Source: Patescibacteria group bacterium (GTDB lineage Bacteria; Patescibacteriota; Minisyncoccia; 2-02-FULL-40-12; GWA2-44-9). From it: a DNA stretch of 64,000 bases. The stretch spans positions 21,983 through 85,982 of the forward strand of contig JBBTTB010000005.1 of NCBI GenBank assembly GCA_038064455.1, written 5' to 3'. This document shows positions 27,548 through 36,148 of this stretch, piece by piece (within the stretch, counting starts at the first letter, position 1; each line of letters starts with the position of its first letter). The position numbers and the translations under genes are program-made. Below the pieces are notes generated by a model. That model did no database searches. It saw only the letters and a list, made by a program, of their open reading frames with translations, and was not told the DNA's origin.

Positions 27548-28414
27548 GCCTAGCATTCCCATGTGTGAGCGCGTAGAACGAGAGTACGCATCCGATACTT
27601 GACACTGCTACTATCTTCTCTGTATAATATTGTTGTTAGTGCGCACCTTACAATAAACCGAAACCGATATACCGCCGCACACTGCGGCCCCGGCCTTTCA
27701 GGCGCGGGAAGAATACCGACTTTCAGCCGGAAGGAGAACGTCATGTCCAAATACGGACACCTGCCCCACAACTACTTCGAATACATCATGAATCGTCTCG
27801 GTGGCGAAGAGGGAGCCGAAGCGTTCAAGCGCGGGGATGTGATCCTGGCCCCGAACTCCCAGAAGCTTCTGCGATTGGTGGTGAGGGCGACCCCGCTCCC
27901 CGTCATCAAGGAACTCGTGGTCAAGGACATGTTCACCAGCAAGAACTCCTCGCGCGAATTCCGGAACGCGTTTTTCAACGTTGTGGAGCGAAACATCCCA
28001 GCGTCGCAGGTTCACATCATGACGCTGTTGGAGGAGGCGGATGGCCTGTCCATCGCAACCATGCTGGGAGTTCGGAGATCTGTGGTGTGGCTGTCCCACT
28101 TCGTCGACATTCTCCAGAACGACCTTCTCTTCTTCCTCACCAAGCGCGTCATGGCGTTCATCATGGACGCGAGCGGCGTGGACGTGCAGATCGTGGAGGC
28201 TTGCCGGCTGCACGGTGAGTGGTACTACGACGTCGTCTCGCTGGGCAACATGAACGTGCGGCAGAAAGGCTCCTATTTCGTGGTTTCGTCACCCGAGAGC
28301 CCGAGCGCCTAGCCGCACCGAGCTCGTCAGCCCCCAGTCCCGCTGTGGTTTCCTTCACGGACCATGGCGGGGCTTTTTGTTTTGCCTAGCATTCTCATGT
28401 GCGAGCGCGTAGAA
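27548..28414. repeat. 31-bp imperfect direct repeat flanking a one-gene cassette
   Basis: GCCTAGCATTCCCATGTGTGAGCGCGTAGAA (27548-27578) vs GCCTAGCATTCTCATGTGCGAGCGCGTAGAA (28384-28414); 29/31 identical. Confidence 0.85.
27743..28312 (+). CDS. Hypothetical protein with an N-terminal NRLGGEEGAEAF motif
   Basis: Promoter TTGACA-N18-TATAAT at 27599, SD AAGGAG, GC3-rich, terminator at 28336-28378. Confidence 0.75.
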   Translation: MSKYGHLPHNYFEYIMNRLGGEEGAEAFKRGDVILAPNSQKLLRLVVRATPLPVIKELVVKDMFTSKNSSREFRNAFFNVVERNIPASQVHIMTLLEEADGLSIATMLGVRRSVVWLSHFVDILQNDLLFFLTKRVMAFIMDASGVDVQIVEACRLHGEWYYDVVSLGNMNVRQKGSYFVVSSPESPSA

Positions 28415-28426
28415 TAGAGCCTATCT

Positions 28427-28774
28427 ATGTCACACGAAAAACCAATAATACCACAGCCGCCGGAGCGCGTAGAGCAAGAACCAACGCTCGCAGAGTGTCT
28501 ACTCAATGCCTTGCGCACCGAAGGACTTGTCGGAGAGCATACCCAGCAGTACATTCAAGAGTGGTGGACTGCGCGTGAAGCCCTTTCTGATGAGGGTCGT
28601 TGGGAGGCAGATCTGATTCGTGCGGGGATATTTCTTACCGCTGGGTTCATTTCTGAAGCACTTGAGGAATTTGAATCTATAGCACAGCAAGCCTACGAAG
28701 CACAGAAAGACGACATCGTTGACCGTTGCGATCAATGCATCGAGGCGATCCGCAAAGCTATCCCGAACGAATAG
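28427..28774 (+). CDS. Hypothetical acidic helical protein
   Basis: 115-aa ORF; -10 TAGAAT lies at the right repeat; terminator at 28785-28805. Confidence 0.7.
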   Translation: MSHEKPIIPQPPERVEQEPTLAECLLNALRTEGLVGEHTQQYIQEWWTAREALSDEGRWEADLIRAGIFLTAGFISEALEEFESIAQQAYEAQKDDIVDRCDQCIEAIRKAIPNE

Positions 28775-28892
28775 CTACAGCCCTAAGCCCCTCACGGGGC
28801 TTTTTGTTGCTTTTCTCTAGTGCTTTTGAGAATATGAGGAATGAACAAGCCTCTTTGCTATTAGTATGAGGCGAATCGTTTATATTTTAAAA

Positions 28893-29069
28893 ATGAGTAA
28901 AACAGAGTTAAAACAACACGCCGAACAGATCGAAGTAAACCTAAAAGCATACCTGGAATTACTTGCAGAGTTAGAACATGAGAGAAAAAAGATTATTGAC
29001 GAATTCTCAGAAACTCTAAGATTGAGAAAAATCAAAGAGTTAAAAAGATCTTTATCTACTAATGGATAA
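28893..29069 (+). CDS. Small coiled-coil protein
   Basis: AT-rich ORF whose stop overlaps the next start. Confidence 0.55.
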   Translation: MSKTELKQHAEQIEVNLKAYLELLAELEHERKKIIDEFSETLRLRKIKELKRSLSTNG

Positions 29070-30009
29070 TCAAGAAGTAGTTCCCGCAATAAAGCCCCTG
29101 GAAGTTTCGGAACAACAATCCTTAAAAACTAAGGAAGAACTTGAGGTTTCTGATGAAAAACAGCTAGAGTTGCTTAAAGACCGAGTTCTTGGGGTTATCA
29201 GAAGCAAGGCGCAGGGAGTAAAAAAGACCATCACTGGTTCACTTGATCGTGTATTCAAGTCCTTTAATTTGTTCCGTGGGTCTATCGGGGATCGAGAAGA
29301 AAATGATTTTGATGCCGAATTCTCCTTGAATTCTGAAGAAATTGACCAATTGGCGGGGTATTTTGAAGAACAAGTCAAGGATATCACCCCGGGCTTGATT
29401 GGCTTAGGGGCTGAGAAAAAAATCTACCAACATCCCTTGCACCCAGATAGAGTAATCGGTGAGTATAACGAGGATCATCCTGATTCAGTTCGTAAAGCTA
29501 AGGCCCGTTTTTATTTTTATAAAATATTAAACACTCTTCTCCTCGATTATTTTCCAAGAATGATACTGGCGGCAGAGAAAAGGTTTGAAGCATCACGATT
29601 GGATGGGGACCCTTATAAAAAACTTCGCGACCGTCTTAGGCAAAATAGGGGTCATCTCAACCCCACCCAAATAGATCGGGTATTAGAAAAACTACATGTA
29701 ATGGAGGAGGGTTTTCGCAGAACTAGCCGGTTTAAGAAATTTCAGAATGATCTATGGTCTCTCGGTATAGCGGCGGATGCAAATAGGGTAAACTTTTTTG
29801 ATGCCACTGATGGGTTAAAATATGTGGATACTATCGATCCGTGGTTGAATAGATATAGTGACGGTGCTCTTGTACCTAATTTTAACCCAGAGCAACTCTT
29901 GCAGATAATTGAGAGCCTCCCTGATGAGCAAAGAGCGAGAACCAGAGTCTACTATGAGAGACTGGTCGGTTTGTTGACGGAAGAGAGAGAGATTACTATG
30001 CCGGCATAG
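29062..30009 (+). CDS. Hypothetical protein with an atypical kinase-like C-terminal half
   Basis: LIGLGAEKKIYQHPLHPDRVI Gly loop and DANRVNF...KYVD catalytic-like motifs. Confidence 0.5.
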   Translation: MDNQEVVPAIKPLEVSEQQSLKTKEELEVSDEKQLELLKDRVLGVIRSKAQGVKKTITGSLDRVFKSFNLFRGSIGDREENDFDAEFSLNSEEIDQLAGYFEEQVKDITPGLIGLGAEKKIYQHPLHPDRVIGEYNEDHPDSVRKAKARFYFYKILNTLLLDYFPRMILAAEKRFEASRLDGDPYKKLRDRLRQNRGHLNPTQIDRVLEKLHVMEEGFRRTSRFKKFQNDLWSLGIAADANRVNFFDATDGLKYVDTIDPWLNRYSDGALVPNFNPEQLLQIIESLPDEQRARTRVYYERLVGLLTEEREITMPA

Positions 30010-30283
30010 ATGCTTATAGCCCCCTAAGTGTTTATTTAGGGTCTCAATTTATCTCATTTTCCCAGATCAATGAGCCTCATTCTGCCTCTGGCTAAAGACT
30101 TAACCCTCTAGTATGCATTCTATAAATGCGATCACTAGAGTGGGTACCGCAACTGCCGCGCTCGAATCCCGAGAGGGAAACTAACCCTATCCTACGCGCC
30201 CTATGTACCCGTTGCACGGGGCGTCTGTTTTTTAGTGGTATATAATGAATGTAACGTTTCATGATAGGCACTATTGATGTATG

Positions 30284-30323
30284 GGTTAACTTGTGTTAAC
30301 CTTATAGGAGCGATAGGGTTAAC
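30284..30323. promoter_or_regulatory. Putative TA autoregulatory operator
   Basis: Inverted repeat GGTTAAC-ttgt-GTTAACC (30284-30301) plus a third GGGTTAAC (30316-30323) just before the HTH gene. Confidence 0.6.
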
Positions 30324-30330
30324 GAAACAT

Positions 30331-30612
30331 ATGGAGCAAAACACTACAAAAAAGACATTCCTCTCTGTCCCAGAATTGGCCAAAATGCTTGGCATTAGCC
30401 GTATTGCGGCTTTTCGTAAGGTTAAAAAGGGACACATTCCAGCCCACAAAATTGGGCGTATGTACGTTATTTCCATGGAAGATGCGCTCGCGTTTGTGAA
30501 CGAGGGGCAGTCTGACGTGCTCACGGAACCTAAAAAAGACGAAATTAAAAAGGCAGTTGCTCGAGTTGTCCAAGAATACGGCGAAACACTCAAGCTTTTA
30601 GGGAAAGAATAA
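30331..30612 (+). CDS. Excisionase-like HTH protein, probable antitoxin
   Basis: FLSVPELAKMLGISR...GHIPAHKIGRMYVI; C-terminal EYGETLKLLGKE; immediately upstream of a Doc gene. Confidence 0.75.
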   Translation: MEQNTTKKTFLSVPELAKMLGISRIAAFRKVKKGHIPAHKIGRMYVISMEDALAFVNEGQSDVLTEPKKDEIKKAVARVVQEYGETLKLLGKE

Positions 30613-30613
30613 T

Positions 30614-31039
30614 ATGAAGCTGAAACGGCTCACCCTCACTGATATAGAGTACGTCGCACATAGACTTGCACAAGAAACGATGTCGTGGCGTGAACCTATC
30701 CCTGACTTCGGCACACGATACTCAAACGCGCTTGAGCGGTGCATTGATGCGCCGTTCCAATCCTTTGGTGGTAAGCAGTTATATCCCGGCCTTGTGAGGA
30801 AGGCTTCGATACTATTTTATTTGATGATCAAAAATCATCCGTTTCAGAACGGAAATAAAAGATTAGCGATGACGACGCTCTTCTTTTTTCTCTTTCGGAA
30901 TAAGAAGTGGATGAAAGTTGATACACAAGAACTGTATAATTTTGCAGTCTGGGTTGCGAAAAGCAATGCGAAGGTGAGGGCCGACACCATACGAGCGGTA
31001 GAAACATTTCTCGGTAGCTATATAGTTGATATAGAATAA
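30614..31039 (+). CDS. Doc/Fic-family (death-on-curing) toxin
   Basis: PFQSFGGKQLYP and KNHPFQNGNKRLA (Doc-type GNKR). Confidence 0.9.
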   Translation: MKLKRLTLTDIEYVAHRLAQETMSWREPIPDFGTRYSNALERCIDAPFQSFGGKQLYPGLVRKASILFYLMIKNHPFQNGNKRLAMTTLFFFLFRNKKWMKVDTQELYNFAVWVAKSNAKVRADTIRAVETFLGSYIVDIE

Positions 31040-31044
31040 ACGCG

Positions 31045-32058
31045 ATGAAACGCCTTTCTTATGGTGTTATAGCGTTGGTGCTCGCTATGCTCGTGGTGGG
31101 CGGCGTTTCGCTTTTGAGTGACAGGAGCCAGACCATCACCAACGGAACTGAAACGAGATCACCATTTTCGTTCCCCGATATTCCTTCTTTCTTTTCCAGC
31201 AAAGAGGGAAGCATGATCTTTGTGGGAGATATCATGCTCTCGCGTTCCGTGGGCATTCGCATGGCGAAAGAAAATGATTACACCTTTCCATTCCTGCACG
31301 CCGCCGCGTTTCTCCAAGATGCGGATATCACCTTCGCGAATCTTGAGAACCCAGTCTCTGCTCGGGGAAAGAACGTGGGGAGCATCTACTCGTTCCGCGC
31401 TGATCCAAAAACAATCGAAGGGCTTGTGCTCGCGGGCTTTGATGTAGTCTCTATCGCGAATAACCATATGTGGGACTACGGGCGCGAAGCGTTCCTTGAT
31501 ACGCTCTCGCATCTCACACAGGCCGGCATTGATTTCGTGGGCGGCGGGAACAACGCCGCAGAGGCAGAGCGGCCCGTGGTGCGAGACGTGCAGGGCACGC
31601 GCGTGGCGTTTTTGGCCTATACCGAATTTCTGCAGAGTGCGGTGGCGGGGGAGGCATCGGCGGGCATCAGCCGGTGGGATCCCGAGCGCATGGCCGCCGC
31701 TATTGCCAGCGCAAAGCAGGAGAATAATATCGTGGTGGTTTCATTGCACTGGGGCGAGGAATACAAAACACAGCACAACCAACAGCAGGAGACCATTGCG
31801 AAGGCGGCGATTGATGCGGGGGCGGATCTGGTCATCGGGCACCATCCGCACGTGGTGCAAGAGGTGGAACGCTACAAAGATGGCTGGATAGCCTACAGCC
31901 TTGGTAATTTTATATTTGATCAGTATTTTTCAGAAGCAACGATGCGGGGCCTTGTGCTGAAGGTGCGCATCAAAGATGGGAAAGTGCAGAGCGTAGAGGA
32001 ATATGATAGCGCGCTCTCAAAAGAGTTTCAGGTGCGCATCACCGCACGTAAGGAATAG
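31045..32058 (+). CDS. CapA/PgsA-family metallophosphoesterase
   Basis: FVGDIML, ANLENP, ANNHMWDYG, SLHWGEEY, GHHPHV and YSLGNFIFDQ. Confidence 0.92.
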   Translation: MKRLSYGVIALVLAMLVVGGVSLLSDRSQTITNGTETRSPFSFPDIPSFFSSKEGSMIFVGDIMLSRSVGIRMAKENDYTFPFLHAAAFLQDADITFANLENPVSARGKNVGSIYSFRADPKTIEGLVLAGFDVVSIANNHMWDYGREAFLDTLSHLTQAGIDFVGGGNNAAEAERPVVRDVQGTRVAFLAYTEFLQSAVAGEASAGISRWDPERMAAAIASAKQENNIVVVSLHWGEEYKTQHNQQQETIAKAAIDAGADLVIGHHPHVVQEVERYKDGWIAYSLGNFIFDQYFSEATMRGLVLKVRIKDGKVQSVEEYDSALSKEFQVRITARKE

Positions 32059-32203
32059 GGCACGGCATAACCGGTCAATATAATAATTGACACGTAACTC
32101 TTAGCTATGCATAATATGTGCACTGGGGTGCTAAGGCACTACCAGAGGCTGTGGTGACCGGAAGCTTAAGGGCTGAAGGCGCTACGTTAACAAGGAGTTT
32201 CAC

Positions 32204-33187
32204 GTGGATCACATGACGTTGGCGGGTGCCTGCATCAGTATCGCGGGCATCCTGTTTCTGCTGTTCCTGGCCGTGAGCGCGCTGGCCAAGAAGTGGGGTG
32301 AGATGCCCTACTTTCTCTACAACACGGTAGGCGGTATCACCGCCATCTGCGGCGTTGATGAGTACCGTGAGGCGAAGAGGCGCGGAAGGCGTTGGACGAT
32401 TGACGGGAAGTTTCTGGTAGTGCCGAGTGTCGTCGTCTTCGGCAACGCATCCGAGAAGTTCCGACACCTGGTTGCCACTGTCTTCGTGTATCACGAGAGG
32501 GAGAAGCTGGAGAAAACTCTCTTCGTGCCGTTTGCTTCGGAGAGGTACTTCGCGGCGAATGAGCAAGAAGCACTGTTCTTCGGTGGCAATTTCGCGGCTC
32601 GTCTTTCGGGTGTTCCACCATCGCTTGCCTACAGCAGAGCCCAGCAGTGGGTTGCTAACAAGATCGCCGGCATCGATGCCAACGACTGGCGTCGGCGTTT
32701 CGCCCAGAAGTGGCTCGCGGGTTCGACTCTGCGTCTGCTGATCTGTGTCGCTATGGCGGGCTTCCTCGCGCTCGGCGTCGCATACTACGAGTCAGCGCGT
32801 TCTGCGCGTGAACGTACGAACACCACCTACTACTTCACAGAGATGGAGCGGGGTAAGTTAGCCCCTGTGATGGGAGTGCCGGAAGAGCTGGAGAAGCTCC
32901 CTATGCGCGAGACTGACGTGACAGATCGAAGTCTGCGCGCTGGGCGCGCAAAGCGCGTCATGAGCGTCGGCGGGGGTCTGGACTTCGTTTGCATCTCCGT
33001 AGAGGGGAGAGAGCTCTGCGGCTTCTCTGCGCGGGTGCTCAACGTGCAACAGGGCGACGACGTGGTATTTCGAGGCGGGAGACCGATCGTCACTCCGGCT
33101 TTTAACTATGCCCAGTGGCTCTGGTGGGTGATCAGCAAGGAAGAGGCCGAAGCGCTCAAGCGCGTCGGTTTCGAGGTCGTCAGGTAG
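32204..33187 (+). CDS. Orphan membrane protein in an autonomous cassette
   Basis: Promoter TTGACA-N17-CATAAT at 32087, SD AAGGAG before GTG, GC3-rich, terminator at 33195-33236. Confidence 0.7.
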   Translation: MDHMTLAGACISIAGILFLLFLAVSALAKKWGEMPYFLYNTVGGITAICGVDEYREAKRRGRRWTIDGKFLVVPSVVVFGNASEKFRHLVATVFVYHEREKLEKTLFVPFASERYFAANEQEALFFGGNFAARLSGVPPSLAYSRAQQWVANKIAGIDANDWRRRFAQKWLAGSTLRLLICVAMAGFLALGVAYYESARSARERTNTTYYFTEMERGKLAPVMGVPEELEKLPMRETDVTDRSLRAGRAKRVMSVGGGLDFVCISVEGRELCGFSARVLNVQQGDDVVFRGGRPIVTPAFNYAQWLWWVISKEEAEALKRVGFEVVR

Positions 33188-33294
33188 TTCTTCTTCCCGG
33201 AGTGGGGCCTTGCCTTCACTCCGGGATTTTCTTTTTGCCTATTTCGCGCTGTACCAGCTTGTGACAGTGTGCAGTGTAGCGTATGGTAAGAGCT

Positions 33295-33459
33295 ATGGAT
33301 TCATTGTTATACATGCTCGCGGGGTTTGCGGGGTTTACGCTGGGGTTTGAGGTGCATCGTCAGATGGTGGCGGAGGGATTTTTTTCATGGAATCGTGCGT
33401 TGAGGGCTATGGGCATTGCGCTGGTGATCGCGTTTGTGTTAGCGCTTCTTCTCAATTAG
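33295..33459 (+). CDS. 54-aa two-TM micro-protein (below ORF-track cutoff)
   Basis: MDSLLYMLAGFAGFTLGFEV...IALVIAFVLALLLN; fills the gap before the AlkZ-like gene. Confidence 0.5.
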   Translation: MDSLLYMLAGFAGFTLGFEVHRQMVAEGFFSWNRALRAMGIALVIAFVLALLLN

Positions 33460-33469
33460 TATACGGTAC

Positions 33470-34555
33470 GTGAATCTTTCCGATATCGCACAACTTCGGT
33501 TGCAGAGCCAACGCATTGGGCGCACGCCGTTTGCAACGGTTGCAGCAGTCGTGCGCCACTTAGGCGCAGTACAAGCACAAGATATCCCGAGTGCGCTCTG
33601 GGCTGTTGGTCTGCGCATGAAGCGTGCGAATGAACAGACTATTCTTGATGCGCTTGCGGAACAGCGCATTGTGCGCACGTGGCCCATGCGTTCCACGCTT
33701 CACTTTGTTGCGCGAGAAGATGTGCGCTGGATGCTTGATCTTATGACACCACGCGTCCTTTCCGCCTATGCGCATCGCATGCGCATGCATGGCATCACCA
33801 CGGCAACCTATGACAAAAGTAGGGTGCTTTTTGAAAAAGCGCTGAAGGGTGGCAAGGCGCTGACGCGCGAAGAACTCTATGCGGTTCTTGAATCTGCGGG
33901 CATTCCTGCAAAGCGAGCAAGTTTGGGATTGCACATCATCGGGCGCTTAGCGCACGAACAGTTGCTCTGTTTTGGCCCACGGCGAGGCAAACAACAAACG
34001 CTGGTGCTTCTTGACGAATGGGTGCCGCGCGTTGGAAAGCCGCGAGATCGAGATGATGCACTGCGTGAATTGGCGATTCGGTATTTCACCAGTCACGGTC
34101 CTGCGCAGGAAAAAGATCTCGCATGGTGGTCCGGTCTTGCTCTCAAAGATATCCGCGCGGGCATCGCGCACGCAGTCAAGGCGCTCACGAGCGTTGCTGT
34201 AGAGGGTACAACGTATTGGATGGCGCCGCGTCGAGTAGTGCCGCAGAAAACAGGAGAGGCCTTTCTCCTTCCTTCGTTTGATGAATTCTTTGTTGCGTAC
34301 CGTGATCGGAGCGCCTCGTTGGAGGCAATGCACACGCATCACATAAACCCGGGCGCAAATGGCATGCTCCAACCTATTATTGTGGTTGATGGGCAGGTGC
34401 TTGGCACATGGAAGCGGGTGATCACAAAAGACACCGTGCAGATTTCACTTCACTTTTTCAATAAACCTTCTCCAGAGGTGAAAACCGCAGTGCACGAAGC
34501 AGGCGAGCGCTATGCCCATTTTCTTAGGCTCTCTTTGGAATTAAAAAAGGGGTAG
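33470..34555 (+). CDS. AlkZ/YcaQ-family (HTH_42) DNA cross-link glycosylase
   Basis: GAVQAQD, VRTWPMRSTLH, YFTSHGPA, LLPSFDEF and VVDGQVLGTW. Confidence 0.88.
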   Translation: MNLSDIAQLRLQSQRIGRTPFATVAAVVRHLGAVQAQDIPSALWAVGLRMKRANEQTILDALAEQRIVRTWPMRSTLHFVAREDVRWMLDLMTPRVLSAYAHRMRMHGITTATYDKSRVLFEKALKGGKALTREELYAVLESAGIPAKRASLGLHIIGRLAHEQLLCFGPRRGKQQTLVLLDEWVPRVGKPRDRDDALRELAIRYFTSHGPAQEKDLAWWSGLALKDIRAGIAHAVKALTSVAVEGTTYWMAPRRVVPQKTGEAFLLPSFDEFFVAYRDRSASLEAMHTHHINPGANGMLQPIIVVDGQVLGTWKRVITKDTVQISLHFFNKPSPEVKTAVHEAGERYAHFLRLSLELKKG

Positions 34556-34581
34556 TGAAGCCACGAAGACTTCACTACCCC
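34549..34581 (-). terminator. Terminator of the SPFH cassette, overlapping the AlkZ-like stop codon
   Basis: 12-bp stem GGGGTAGTGAAG/CTTCACTACCCC preceded by an A6 run. Confidence 0.75.
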
Positions 34582-34587
34582 CGCCTG

Positions 34588-35793
34588 TTACTTGCCCCCT
34601 GGCGTCGCCTGGATGCCGATCTCTCTCGCGGTCTTGACCGTGAAGAGGTCGATGAGCGTCTGGACACTCGTGGCGTTCCCGTTGCCGCCACCTCCAGAGA
34701 CGACCGTCGGAACCAGAGGCATCTTCATCTCTTTGAGCGCCTGCGCGTAGAGCTCGTTCACCCTCACGTACGCGGCCAGACGCGCGTCGAGCGCATTGTC
34801 GGCGGCCATCACCAACTTTCGCCGCTCGGCCTCACCTTCGCCCAACAGAATCTGCTTGCGCTTCTCCTGGGCAGCTGCTTCGGCGTCGAGCCTGGCAACC
34901 TCGAGCTTTTGCTGCGCCTCGGTCACCATGGTCGCTTTGATCACCTCCTGCTTCCACTTGGCTTCCGCCGCTTGCGCTTGCCCGTTCTTTTCCGCGGTGA
35001 TGGCGTCCTGTTCCGCCTTCTTGGCGTTTGCCATGGCGGTCTGCACGTCCATCATGGCCTTTTGTTGTGCGGCGATCTGCTTGTCGACCGTGTCGTCATA
35101 GGTGACGGAGTTGATCGAAAGGTTGAATGTCCGAACGCCGAACACCTTGAGAGGGCTCTCTTCTTGGCGCTGGATCACGCCCTCCGCTTCGACGAGGCGG
35201 ACGTAGTTGACCGTTCGATCCGAGCCAGATAGCGGATCCTTTTCTTTCACGGTCTCGGTCCGCGTCTGGTAGATTCCGTTGTTGATCTGGTCTTCGATGA
35301 ATCGGATGAGGTCGTTACGCCGCTCGGCGTACGACTCCTTTGAGCTCATCAGGGGCCCGGTCATGTAGACCGCCTTCTCGACGATGGTGCGTACGAGCTG
35401 TTGCTCGAGCGCGTGGTGCGTACCGTACTTCGTGTGGAGCAGGGTGAGCGCCTTCTCGTCGAGTGGGATCTCCCAGGCGATCGAGCCAGATACCTGCGCG
35501 TGACCGCCGTCGTTGAACCGTACCTTGATGGACTGGTCGGAAGTGTTCTGCTCACTCTTCGCAGAGAACCAGTACTGGCTCCGCTTGGGATACTTCGTGA
35601 CAGACCCGAACCACTGCATCTTGAAGCCTGGTGTGGTGTGCCAGACCAGGGTTCCGGTCGGGTACTGAACGACCATGACCTGCGTGGCGTCCAAGTGCTC
35701 CACGGTGCGTGGCGTGAGGTAGATCCCCACGGCGCAGAGGATGCCGATCAAGATCGGCTTGATCGTGTTCGGCGCGCGACTGGATTCGTACAT
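34588..35793 (-). CDS. SPFH/band-7 domain membrane protein with coiled-coil C-terminus
   Basis: N-terminal TM, IKVRFNDGG, INSVTYDDTVDKQI and AE-rich repeats; GC3-rich; SD GAGGTGA. Confidence 0.8.
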   Translation of the reverse strand: MYESSRAPNTIKPILIGILCAVGIYLTPRTVEHLDATQVMVVQYPTGTLVWHTTPGFKMQWFGSVTKYPKRSQYWFSAKSEQNTSDQSIKVRFNDGGHAQVSGSIAWEIPLDEKALTLLHTKYGTHHALEQQLVRTIVEKAVYMTGPLMSSKESYAERRNDLIRFIEDQINNGIYQTRTETVKEKDPLSGSDRTVNYVRLVEAEGVIQRQEESPLKVFGVRTFNLSINSVTYDDTVDKQIAAQQKAMMDVQTAMANAKKAEQDAITAEKNGQAQAAEAKWKQEVIKATMVTEAQQKLEVARLDAEAAAQEKRKQILLGEGEAERRKLVMAADNALDARLAAYVRVNELYAQALKEMKMPLVPTVVSGGGGNGNATSVQTLIDLFTVKTAREIGIQATPGGK

Positions 35794-35824
35794 GCTTCAC
35801 CTCTTCGTTTGTTGCGGCACTGGT

Positions 35825-36148
35825 TTAGTGGATAAGCCCGTCTTTTTTCGCTGGTTTTTCAACCGTCTCCGTTGTGGACTCCTCGGGATCGAAGATCCCA
35901 TGGAGTTTTTGATCCAAGATCGCCGCACGCTCGAAGCGGCGTCGATCGAGTTCTTGCTGAATGCGAAACGCCTCCTCCCGTTCCGCATCTCTTCGGAGTT
36001 CTTCTCGGAGCTCATCGAGCGTCTTCCCTCGGCGTCGCATGGTGGTGTCGATGATTCCAATGGCAGTGCGAGCCAATGGGATCATGACTTTGAACACCAG
36101 GACGCCTCCGAAGAAGACAAAGAGCAACGCTTCGAGTAATAGCTGCAT
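35825..36148 (-). CDS. Small TM plus coiled-coil protein co-transcribed with SPFH
   Basis: SD GAGGAG; promoter TTGACA-N17-TATAGT at 36224-36196. Confidence 0.7.
   Translation of the reverse strand: MQLLLEALLFVFFGGVLVFKVMIPLARTAIGIIDTTMRRRGKTLDELREELRRDAEREEAFRIQQELDRRRFERAAILDQKLHGIFDPEESTTETVEKPAKKDGLIH

Noticed and set aside
21880-31039. Integron cassette array or prophage
   Set aside because: No integrase, no recurring attC-like RYYYAAC/GTTRRRY hairpins and no phage structural genes were recognised.
34555-35232. 225-aa + strand ORF antisense to SPFH, and similar long shadow ORFs elsewhere
   Set aside because: These are antisense shadows of GC3-rich genes, with no motifs or start signals.
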